A DNA stretch of 64,000 nt. Source: Mobula hypostoma (Eukaryota). Below are positions 12,758 through 23,767 of this stretch, piece after piece (the first letter of the stretch is position 1; each line of letters opens with the position of its first letter). The translations under genes and the position numbers were made by a program. The notes under the pieces are model-generated. The model was not told the DNA's origin. It searched no databases and saw nothing but the letters and a program-made list of their open reading frames with translations. Where the stretch lies: NCBI RefSeq assembly GCF_963921235.1, contig NC_086108.1:68884001-68948000 (forward strand), in the 5' to 3' direction.

Positions 12758-13237
12758 CGCAAGATCGAAGAAGATGGAGGTGCATAGCCGCCAACCCCGG
12801 ATTAGGGACAGCACCCACTGACCTCTGTTCTAAAAGGTCGCCCCTTAATTTTGAGGCTGTGCCCTCTAGTTCTGGGTACCCCCACCATAGGAAACATCCT
12901 CTGCACATCCACCCTTTGAACATTCAGATTTCCAAGAGTTCCCTCTGCATTCTTCTAAATTCCAGTGAGTACAGGCCCAAGCTGCCCAATGCCTCTGGAC
13001 TAACCTCTTCATTCCTGGAATCATCCTTGTAAACTGCCTCTGGACTCGCTCCAACGACAACACATTGTTTCCAAGATATGGAGCCCAAAACTGCTGACAA
13101 TACTCCAAATAAAATAATCTTGAACCACCTTTGGTAAGAACCATTTCAAAGGTGCACTGACCTAGCATAAAACCTCACAGTACTACTTGCATATTCAGCT
13201 CAATAATGTTTGCAATTAAGTTTGTTTACAGTAAAAT

Positions 13238-13551
13238 TGTGGGCACATAGCCAAGTGGTTAAGGCATTGGACTAGCGACCTGAAAGTCTTGAGTTCGAGC
13301 CCCAGCCAAGGCAATGTGTTGCGTCCTTGAGCAAGGCACTTAATCACACATTGCTCTGCGACGACACTGGTGCCAAGCTGTATGGGCCCTAATGCCCTTC
13401 CCTTGGATAACATTAGTGTCGTGGAGAGGGGAGACTTGCAGCATGGGCAACTGCTGGTCTTCCATACAACCTTGCCCAGGCCTGCGCCCTGGAGAGTGAA
13501 GACTTTCCAGGCGCAGATCCATGGTCTCGCAAGACTAACAGATGCCTTTGA
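13238..13551 (+). mobile_element. tRNA-derived SINE, full length, with RTE-like tail
   Basis: A box TAGCCAAGTGG, B box GAGTTCGAGCC, then GTCCTTGAGCAAGGCACTTAA. 10-bp TSD ACAGTAAAAT (13228-13237 and 13552-13561). Second copy at 61649. Confidence 0.9.
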
Positions 13552-16500
13552 ACAGTAAAATCAGTTTATATTTTTCCTTGCCTAATAGAGGATTATCTCC
13601 CCACATCTTTCAATCACCTTTGCAGCACTTTGGAACAATGGTAAAATGTTCCATTTCTGAAGGCTCGTGGCCATTTTTTTCCCCCATTTAGACACAACCT
13701 AAGCTGCTGTGAAATATCCTAATAACTTTGGCTTTGTTGCTTTATACAATCTTGCTCTAACTCTATTTTTGAGCGATGTCATCTCAGAGTCTGGCTATTT
13801 GATGTTTTTTTTATCTCTTCCATTGCTAGTCAAGATCCACTGCTGGATTTCTCAGGTAATTAATCAAAGTTACACTGGCTGATTGTAGATGTTCTAGAGT
13901 GTGTACATCCTTTGCTGTATAATTCAAAGTTCAAAAAGTTCAAAGTACAATTTATTATCAAGAATGTATAAATTTCATACCTTGAGTTATGTTTTGCTTA
14001 CAGGCAGTCACAAAGCAAGAAAGCCAAAGAACCCAATTTTTAAAAAAAGACCAAAACCACTGCGGGGAGACAGAGAAATAAAGACACAATCATGCTATCA
14101 ATAGAAGCAAGCAACAGCGTTCTGACCCAAATTGAGTTCTTGGACCCGCTCCCCTGAGCAGCCAGAAAGGCATCATATTAGCATTTGATAAATATTGTGA
14201 TACTCATCAAATTCAGGGGAATGATAACAAGTTTGAATGGTCTGTGGAATATTTTGAGAGCAGCAAAAACCATCGTACAATCCTTCATATCAGAGTGAAT
14301 TTCAGAAATTTCATCTATCATTACTTGCCCCGCTATTCTCTCAAAACAGAACCAAGAAGTAACTTTGAATATTTTCTAAGAATTATTTTGTTCAATTGAA
14401 AAGAATCATTTCTCCTCAAGGTTTCTTGGGTGATTAACTGATATCCTTTTCTTAAAAATAGGACAGAACACTCATTTAGGAATTGGATTTCATGACTTTT
14501 TAAGTGTGTTAAATGGGAAATGCAGTTGGCACTAAAACCCAAACAGGGAATCCCAAAAATAACAACATTTGAACATTTTCTTTAAAAAAAATCCTAAGGG
14601 TGAATTCCACTAATTGCTGTATTAAAATGTGACCTTTGAAGTTCTTGACAGCAGCTGCCAGTTGATATCACAACTTCCATATTTTTGCCAAAGAGAAGCA
14701 AGTTAATCACAACCTTTATGAACTCTATTATAAAGAGCTGCCTCGGAGGCAAAGAAAATACTAGGAAAGTGGGTATGTATTTTCAGTGTCAACCACATTC
14801 TTGCCCAACGCCCTTATGGACAAACCCTAATACTGTGAATGGTTCAATGATATTGAGGCATGGGCTTATTATTCAAGCAGAGATTATAATAGATCTACGC
14901 TGTGCACTGAGATGCACAGCATTGAAAACTCAGACTGAGACCTGCAGGGCACAATGGTTTCTTGGTCATAACAAAGTTACATCTCCTAGTCAACACACTA
15001 TCAGGATTTGATCTTCATTTTACCAGGAGTTTTAATGAAGGTTGTCAGCTGCACATTATAGGTAAAATTTCTGTTGATTATACAAAAATGCATGTTGCAT
15101 ATACTAATCATGTTTTTACATGTGTGAATGACACTGGTAAACCAACTGCCTTGCAAATTGCAAAGAACTTCTTAAAGTGTCTGCCAGCTCATCAAAAATG
15201 GCACCTTCACATTAAACCTAACTCATTTTGCATAAAAATAAGCACCCTTCATTTAAATTTCTAGGCACTTAATTCCTAATTATACATATATTCACCTGAA
15301 CTCTTAAATCTCACAGTGGCATCATCATTCCATTTGAAGTTCAAATTCTTTGAATATACTGCCCTAGTTATAAGTTTAATTTGATTACTTTTTCTCATCT
15401 GTTGCTTATTTGTCAATATTTTCCTGATGGGATGCACCATTTTTACAGGTGTGCATTTATATAAATATTTATGTTTATGATTAAAGCACTCAAACCTGAA
15501 ATATTGGCCTTTATCAAAACTCACAAATTCCTAATAGTACACAAGATATTACGTACACAAACTGAAACACTAATTTTAACCAAAATTCACCTGTTCAATG
15601 TTATGGTACAGTTGACTGCACAGGCTAAGTTTATAACAGGATTAACTAAATCTGGGCTACAATTAAAATTTTTAAATCCCAAATCAATCTAAATTCAATG
15701 GAAGAAGACAACTTCTGTAATGTATTTCAAAAGATTATGGAAAGATCAATTTTGCTTCATGTATAAATTTAGATTTAGAAATGTATTTACGCTTTCTTTG
15801 ATAAAAAGCAGAAAACTACACAATTTCAATCAGGAAGTAACAGAAGCGGTGTTCAGAATAACTATCCATAGCAAACAATGAGATCGCCATACAAAGATTC
15901 TTGTGTGAACTATGCTTGCTGTTCTTAAGCTTTTGTGCCCATGTCTGAACAGCTGCAATGGGGTAACATAAATGAATCTCATCTTGGTCGTACCTAATCC
16001 ACTGCTGGGTACGTAAAAGAAAGTCAGTGTCAAAACTAAACAAAGATAGCCATTCTATGAACACATGCTTCTTTTTTTGCAGCTGTAAAAACCCCTACAA
16101 AATCCTCAGTCTGTCCCGTCTAGTCACGGACCTGCAACTCGAGCAGGCATAATTTCTGCCACAATTTGCAAACATTTGCAATGAGCTTACTGTTGCTCAT
16201 ATTAAATGTGAATAGGTCACACAGTCAGAAAAAATGCTGAAATGTTTGGTGAAACTGTACTTGGTAATCGCTCAATTTTTTTTCTGCTCTGGATCAATAA
16301 AGTGAATGGAAACTTCATATCAGACTTCTTTCTCTTCATTTAAAAAGAAAAGATGAATTTCTGCACTATTTTTCATAAAACAAATGAACAGGCTGTTTAA
16401 CTGCCATTTAAAATTACCATGAGCTCTAGAAACTCCATAGCTTCCAGTTATTGCAATATATTTTGATTTGGTTACACAATTTACATTGCACTTAATTACA

Positions 16501-17224
16501 ACATAGAGGATTAAATAGCAATCTATCCTGAACAAAAATGTATCACATGAAATTAAAGAAAAGATCCATTCTATTTTTCAGTCCATAAAGGGCTTAATCA
16601 CCACAACTGAAGCCTGATATGAAAATGACAATTCAAAGATTTTTTAAAGAATTCTATTGGAAACCTTTCTAATAGTGGTATTGATATTTTTTAAATATCC
16701 TGCAATAGCACTATAAAATATCAAGTTCTTTAATACTGTTGACCATAATTCTCTACTGAACCTAAAACTAAGAAAATTTAAAACTTCAGTCTGTATTTTC
16801 ATATAATTCATTTAAACAATAAGTATACCAAAAAACAAACATATAACATTGATAAATTGAACAATTTTCTTTCTCCCATTCCAGATCCCTTTTGGCAGCT
16901 AACCAGTCAAAATCACTTCAGATAAAGGGTATTGTATCTCTTAATGGTACTCTGAAATGATGCAAAGAGAAGCAAAAATCAAGAAAAGACAACATAATCA
17001 ATCCAGCATTTTCTACAAAGTTTAAAACATTCATGGTTTTCTTAAAAAAAAATACAAAACAGGTTTCCGCAGACTCAGAAACAGTGAATCTTTGAGATCC
17101 TCAGTGATAATGAACAGTGCTATTTTCCAAACTAGCAGATTCAACTTCAAACCATTCATGGGGAAAGTTCTTCACAACCTTCTCAAAAATGCAAAACATC
17201 AATTTCTGAATAAAATAAATCAAA

Positions 17225-18075
17225 AGGGAATGCTGGAAATACTTGTTGGATTTGATACCATCCATGGAGAACTAAAAATGGAACTAATGTTACAGGTGGA
17301 TGACCTTGCATCAGAATCAGCTAGTTCTGAAAGGCTGTTTATCTGGTATTTCCACTGTATATTCAAAACTGAGTCCAAAGTGCTGCAAAATGTCCAAATA
17401 CAAGGTGAGATCCTGTTTCTTCAGCTCACATTGAGCTTTGTTGGAACAGTGTAGGTTGCCAAAGGGTAAGCGGGTCAAAGTGGAGAAGAATTAAAACAAC
17501 AGGAAACCGAAGCTTAAAACACCCTTGTAAACTTAACAGAGGTGTTCTGCAAAGCAGTCACCCTATCCTGTGTGTATTCTCTAAAGAAGAGGAAACCATA
17601 TCTTGGCATCAAATGTAAAATGCTAAATTGAAAAAAAAACAAGTGAATTGCTGCTTCACCTGAAAGGAATTTTGAGTCCCTGGATAATGGCAAAGAAAGA
17701 GGTATTTGGTCCGTACTGAATGCCAATGGTTGAATGAGATGGTGCCAAAAGATGATGAGAAGTTGATGGAAATGAAACAGTGAACCAGGGAGATGAGCAC
17801 GGGACAGTCTGTGATTGCTGATCAAGGGTGAAAATGGGATGTGCCTGGTGGTGGCATCATGCTGAAGGTGGAAATTAAGGGGACTACTGCTGAAAAAGGA
17901 GGCTGATGGGAGTGGAAGGCCAAAGGCAAGAGAAAACCTCTCCTTGCTCTGGGCAGGAAGAGGTGGTGTAAGAGATAAGTTTCCTCATGGATGTGATTGA
18001 AAACTCTATGAACTACAGTAGAGGCAAAGCCACAGTTAAGGAAACAGAAAAACAAGTCAGAGGCATGGACATGAA
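17225..18075 (-). mobile_element. Old Penelope-like element remnant
   Basis: Starts with a degenerate ATGCTGGAAATACT...GACCTTGCATCAGAA terminal repeat. Weakly similar to the minus-strand PLE at 42858-45580. Confidence 0.5.
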
Positions 18076-20061
18076 AATACTGGAGCTTCAGTATTAAAAC
18101 TTATAACTCTGGTTCAGAAGCAGCAAGAGGAAGTTTTGAATTGACCTCATTGGAAGTAAATTCTGCTTTGATACACATTCAAAAACTGCAAAAATCTTTA
18201 AAAACAATCTTTAAATACATGCAAATTGCAAACTAAAATTACATTAGTTGGAAAGTATTCCAGTTTATGGATAAATATTTAATTGCTATTAATTGTTGTT
18301 TTCATATTCATAAATCTCAAATGACTTAAATCAAAACTGAAATGGCTTTCCATTTATAGACACAAATAATGCACTTACAACAAATTTTGTATAAAAGGCT
18401 TTAAGGCCTCTTCTCCTTTTCATACCACTTTTATTTCTGTTTGCTGTAATCTGCCTTTCACTTTTTCATTGCTGCAGAGCAAACAAGGAGCTCAGAGCTT
18501 TGAAAAGACAGCTCAATGTGTAATGGTCCACCAGAATTAATTTAGTTGCACAAAATCTATTCAATGCAGCTTTCTCAACCATTTTGAGCTCAACACAGAT
18601 CTGTCTTTGTAATTCCAGTAAGCACTTAAAGTGCACAGTAGGTGTTCATCAGTACCATCTGGTCAAAAGCAAAACAAGCTACCGATTCTCTCTTTGAATA
18701 GAATGAAGCAAGTGTGAATTAATCTGTTCAATTAGCACTATTACAATCTGTCAAGTGCATATCGCAAAACAAGATTATTACAGTAATGGTAACACCACAA
18801 TAATTCACTTTAAAAAAAACTCAAAATTTGTTAATTTAATCAATGAATGAAACAGTAAACATTAATGGCTTAGATTTTTTGGATTTCACATTCAGTTGAA
18901 TGGCATACAAATGCACTAGCTTCATTTTAGCACTTAAGTTCTCAAAGGACTAGAATGACAATATATTATCATTTTCACAGTACCGATGCTTCTTATTTAC
19001 GAAACTCCAGCTGCCAATAATACACAGATCAATAAAATAATTAGTTGTGATAGTACACTCTACCAAGACCCTAAAAATATCTTAAGAATATATAGTGGCT
19101 GCAGTTAAATACACAATAATCAAATTTTCAATTCATCATTTCTGAAGATAGATATTAGTATACACTTCTTTCTTCTATCATTAAGCATATTTTATACTCG
19201 AGCTAAAGTAAGTGAACGTTCAACTTTTTTAGATCAAAGTACCACCAAAGAATACATTGTTGAACAATATTTTAATTAAAAGGAAGCTTAAAACTATTCC
19301 AAACTCAGTTTTTGATTCCATCCACCCCAAAAAAACCCAAATTGAACAAGGTATGCTACTTTACCTTTTGAAATTAATTTTATAAACTTATTATATATTT
19401 TATATTTATATGAAATTAACACATACACAATAACTGATTGAGTATATCAGCAATGAAGAAAGCCAATTCAAGGCAGAGGCTTATTCTATGTTAACACCTA
19501 ATCTATCTCACTTGCCTGCTTCCTACCTAAAGTCTTGAATAATCCTTTTCTCCCCCCAAACAATTTAAAGAATTTATGAACTCTGATTCAAATATGGTTA
19601 CAGCAGTTTTTTCAGATTTCTATCACCTCTTTCCCAAAAGATTCCTGTATTGATTTAAGATTTGCTCTCTCATTTCCACTGATTGTGGTTTGATAAAGAA
19701 TTAATCTCATCATAATACTACAATATCTTTAATAACTAACTCATTCAAGGTGTCCTTAAATTTTGAGTATTTTATGGCCCCTTCTGGAAGAAAAAGATCT
19801 TTAAAAAGGTTATTTTATTTCCTGAAATTTGATAAGCTGCTTTCACTATTATCTAGCAGGTAACTGATAATGGGGATACGGGTGACATATCTCAATATTT
19901 AATAATCACAAGTAAAAGAAAATCTTCAGATATTATATAATAATGGTCGTTTTACAGAAACTACTTTCCACTGGAGAAAATGGTCATGTATTTTTTTATG
20001 CAAGGCGACATAACAGTACAAACATTTACTCATCAAGACTCCAGGTTGCATCCTCAATATG

Positions 20062-20102
20062 GGAGGGGAGGGAGAGAAACGTCGACTCAGACCATGAGAG
20101 GC
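20062..20102 (-). mobile_element. 41-bp retro-insertion stub with 16-bp TSD
   Basis: TTGCATCCTCAATATG at both 20046-20061 and 20103-20118. Minus strand of the insert is GCCTCTCATGGTCTGAGTCGACGTT followed by a CT-rich tail. Confidence 0.6.
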
Positions 20103-22308
20103 TTGCATCCTCAATATGAGGCATTATATAATCTCAGTGTTGCAGAAGACTGCAACCATCCCCATCACAACGCAAGCAAACAGTCACTAATTCAAAAAGA
20201 ATAATAAGAGTAAAGAACAATAGTAATTTATGGTATATAAAGATAATTTCCACCAGTAAAATCATTCACAGTACAGAGTTCAGATGATAAAATGATGAGA
20301 TTATTAGTGTCAGGAGAGTGGCTTGATGTTCACCATGACACACAGCAAAAAAGCTTCCCAGAAACAAACACAGATCTGTGAAAATTGATAAATTTATATC
20401 TAAGATATCCAGAGGCTATTGATACTTCAGTTAATGAACAAAGTTTCATGCACCTTTAATTAAACAGCCTCTGAAAACATTAATGGCACTTAAAAATTCA
20501 TATTAAATTGCTTCCAAAATTCAAATGTTAAACTGTACTTGTTCTTTCCTCTTTATACTGTTATAAAGAAATGAGTTGCATATTTATAAAAATCATTTCC
20601 TGCACTTTGAAGTTAACATAATGAGAATTGCTGATAGATAATGGAAAGTAAAATGCAGATTATAGTAAGGATAGCCAGCACAAATCACTTATTTAACAGG
20701 TAATCAGGACAGATTTAAAATGAAAAAGTTGATTAAAACTGTGCAATAAAATTATAATAACAAATTTGAAATTCAGAGAAATGCCATTCCTGAAATAATG
20801 GAACATAAAATGAAAATATTCTCATGCAACATGCACAAAATACTGGACGAACTCAACAGGCCAGACATGTATTAAAAGGTTAAAGCATACCTCATTTTAA
20901 AAAAATGTAAAATCCCAGAAATCTCATAAACAAACTGCTAGAAAAAGATGGCAGGTCCATCACTGTTAATTTCTTCATATAGACACTAATGTACAAATAA
21001 ACAGTACTATACAAAAGGAAAAAGGGAAGCTTGATAACAAATACGCCTATAAATGAGTTTATTCCATAAGCATGCAGGCATACAAGTTTGTTCTTCCCAT
21101 TTCTTTTTGTTTAGTTCCTTTATAAATATTCTGTAATTTTATGATAAGTTATGATGCTCATAACTACAACTGATGTTAATATGCCTACCTCTCTCCAAAG
21201 ATTGCTAACCAATCTGTTGAATGTTTTCAGCATTTTGTTTTCATTTGAAGAAACCAATTAATCAAAACAAAAATTCCCAACCTTGCTGCATTCCACTTTA
21301 AAGAACTCATTTTCCCCCTAACATCTATTCTCCACTCTAGTTATAACAAATAAATAAGATCCCTCAAGTTGTATAAATGTGCTCCCTAATTTTAGCAGGT
21401 TCTCTCAGGTTGAAAACCTATTATTTAAAAAACAACATAAAGGGAGCACCATGATTCTGCTTAATAAAAGTCAGAGGCACAGTACATGGCGATGAGGAAC
21501 AGATGTGCAAAATCAGGGATGCTTTGTTTTCCTCTGCAGAGCCATGAATATTCAAATAACTTAATGATTATTCTTTCCTCCATTTATTGTTTATACTACA
21601 CTTTTCAGATTATTGTATGACTTTATCATTCATTCTTTACACAATTTTCCATTTATTTCTGTTCATAGTAAATGTTGAAGCAGAATTTACAGTGGATCAA
21701 AGAACTTCTGTTTTATTTATTCAGGAAGCTTTATTATGTTACTCAGCATCGCACACTGGGTCAGAACTCTATTAGTGGTTTAAAAGCAATATTTGGCAAC
21801 CAGTTACATGAAACTAATAAATGTAAAAAGAGCACAAAATGTGCATTAGCCTGTATTATACTGAAAGGCATTTCCTTGCAAATGGAAAGGTCAAGATTAA
21901 GGACACCATGAGCAGTTGCTCATATTTCACAGACTCTAGCAAAAGAGTAGCACAAGGAGCATGTCTCCAGCAATAAAGATTAGTGACAGGTAACAAAAAT
22001 GAGTAAAGAAAAGCAGACATAATATCTGACTGATATGAACAAACTGAAATCCAAAAAAATCTCAGCAGGAAAGTTCCTGCTTATGATGGCAACTTCAAGA
22101 ATCACCAGGAAAAAAAAATCAATCCTTCATTGCATTAATAGTTTTACTGCGATGTTCAGAGTTTTTTTAAAATAGAAGATGATTGTCTTTCTGGGGTTCC
22201 GGTAATGTCATCGTCCAGAATGGCACCTTAAGTCAACAGCTCCTCCGGAAAAACGCATATTTTGCCCCATTAATCCATCAAATATAAGGTCTTTCGAAAA
22301 TAGCTGAA

Positions 22309-23208
22309 TTGATAAGGGGGGCAAGAATGGGGAAAAAGAATGGAGATAATAAAAGCATCACTGCGGAGCCTATGGAAGAGAGAGGTACAACGAGCAGCTC
22401 TCCTACATGTGCGCGTGGTGGCGAGGGTGACGCTGGGCCAAGTTCAGGTGAAGCGGCAAATATGATAAAAATTCTGATAGAGATAAGGAAAGTCCAAAAA
22501 GATATAAAACAGCAACTCAATGATATAAAGTCAGAGCTCCCCAACGTCAATCAGAAAATAGCGGTGGCAGAGACTCGAATTGAAAAGGTGGAAGATCGCG
22601 TTCAAAACATGGAACAGATATTAAGTAAGATGATAAAAATATTAAATCAACAGGAAAGTAAATTGCTTGAACAGGAGGGAAAATCACGACGGAAAAATAT
22701 CAGGATTTATAATGTTCCCGAAGGAGCGGAGGGGTTGTTGATGATGGAATTTGGAGAAAAGTTACTGCGGGAAGCGCTGGAGATTGGAATTGAGAGGGCG
22801 CATCGTGCACTTGTCCCGAGGCCCTCCGGGGACAGAGAAAGTAAGCCGCGCTCATTAATACTTAGATTCCTTCGATTCAAGAGTAAGGCGGAGATTCTAC
22901 GAGGGGCCTGGGGTAAGAAGAGGGTGTTTTGGAACGGGAAGTTAATATATTTCGATCATGATTACCCCTCGGCAGTCCTACAGAAATGGAAGGAACATTC
23001 CAAAGCAAAACGAATATTAAAACAAGAAAAGATTAAATTCCAAATCCCCTACCCTGCTAAATTAAGGGTGTTTTACGAAGGAGGGATACAGCTATATCAG
23101 ATGGTGGAAAAGGCGACTACAGACATGCACAACAGAGGGTTGCCTGTAGCGTGGTCAGACCGAGGGAAAGCCTGGCTGAGCAGTTATCCCGATCTGCTTG
23201 GGAAATAG
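22309..23208 (+). CDS. L1 ORF1p (coiled coil + RRM + CTD); frame largely open, end probably frameshifted
   Basis: Heptad region, then SRRKNIRIYNVPEGAE, IERAHR, PRSLILRFLRF and YPAKLRV, all typical L1 ORF1p motifs. Likely ATG at 22327. Confidence 0.85.
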   Translation: MIRGARMGKKNGDNKSITAEPMEERGTTSSSPTCARGGEGDAGPSSGEAANMIKILIEIRKVQKDIKQQLNDIKSELPNVNQKIAVAETRIEKVEDRVQNMEQILSKMIKILNQQESKLLEQEGKSRRKNIRIYNVPEGAEGLLMMEFGEKLLREALEIGIERAHRALVPRPSGDRESKPRSLILRFLRFKSKAEILRGAWGKKRVFWNGKLIYFDHDYPSAVLQKWKEHSKAKRILKQEKIKFQIPYPAKLRVFYEGGIQLYQMVEKATTDMHNRGLPVAWSDRGKAWLSSYPDLLGK

Positions 23209-23767
23209 TAAGAGAACCGAGAAAGCAGGGGACGGGAGGAGGACGGGAGAAGGATATTGGGAAGAGACTGAGTTCTCCGAGGACAGCCCTCACCTCCTTC
23301 AGAAGAGCCACAAGGTTTGGCTAACTTTAAAAGTGCTGATAAACTAAACGGAAGCAAAAATAGACAGTGATATACCTATCTTGAGAAATAGGTATTATAA
23401 TATGGACTTTATATTACTCAATTTTTTTCTTACTCATTCAATCACTTTTTCCCCCACCAAAATGAGAATATATACATGAGAGGAATACACAGGGAAATCA
23501 TTTGTGTAATGGACATAGATTTTTTTTTACTTACTTTTATAGGTGCTGCAGTGGGGGCCCTCAACTCATAGGTAGGAGCGGCTATCCCCCATGGCTAGAC
23601 GTTTCTTCTAGCTCAACCCAGGATTATCTATAGACCCCAGCCTTGGAATCACACCTTCGTTACCTTTTTTTTAATTATTCGCATTTCTTGGCTCTTATTT
23701 GTTCAGGGAGTAGATCGATTAAGTTATATTCTGCAAATTTCAATGATATACTAACAGATAAATACAC

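Larger units (their letters stand above)
12185..12820 (+). mobile_element. Non-autonomous composite retroelement: structured 5' head, captured CYHR1 fragment, RTE-like 3' end
   Basis: 7-bp TSD ACCTCTG (12178-12184 and 12821-12827) inside a CR1. The 3' end reads QDRRRWR, like the AQDRxxWR C-terminus of RTE-clade ORFs. Confidence 0.72.
11943..13108 (-). mobile_element. CR1 3' fragment, split by the 12185-12820 insertion
   Basis: Reverse complement of the CR1 tail (ACCATAAGACATAAG) at 11943. Minus frame reads LEYCQQFWAPYL...LERVQRQFTRMIPGM. Sequence is continuous once 12185-12820 and one TSD copy are removed. Confidence 0.9.

Noticed and set aside
12550..13032. 160-aa ORF (and antisense 12441-12923) as a real gene
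   Set aside because: It is a chimera of TSD, permuted CYHR1 fragment, RTE-like tail and antisense CR1, with a non-ATG start and no gene context.
13241..13315. tRNA genes at 13241 and 61652
   Set aside because: Both are tRNA-like heads continuing into a shared SINE body and flanked by TSDs; there is no proper acceptor stem or terminator.
18379..18471. Minus-strand coding exon (good acceptor, GTAAGT donor, 93 nt)
   Set aside because: Stops in all three frames, weak exonic donor context and no recognisable protein.
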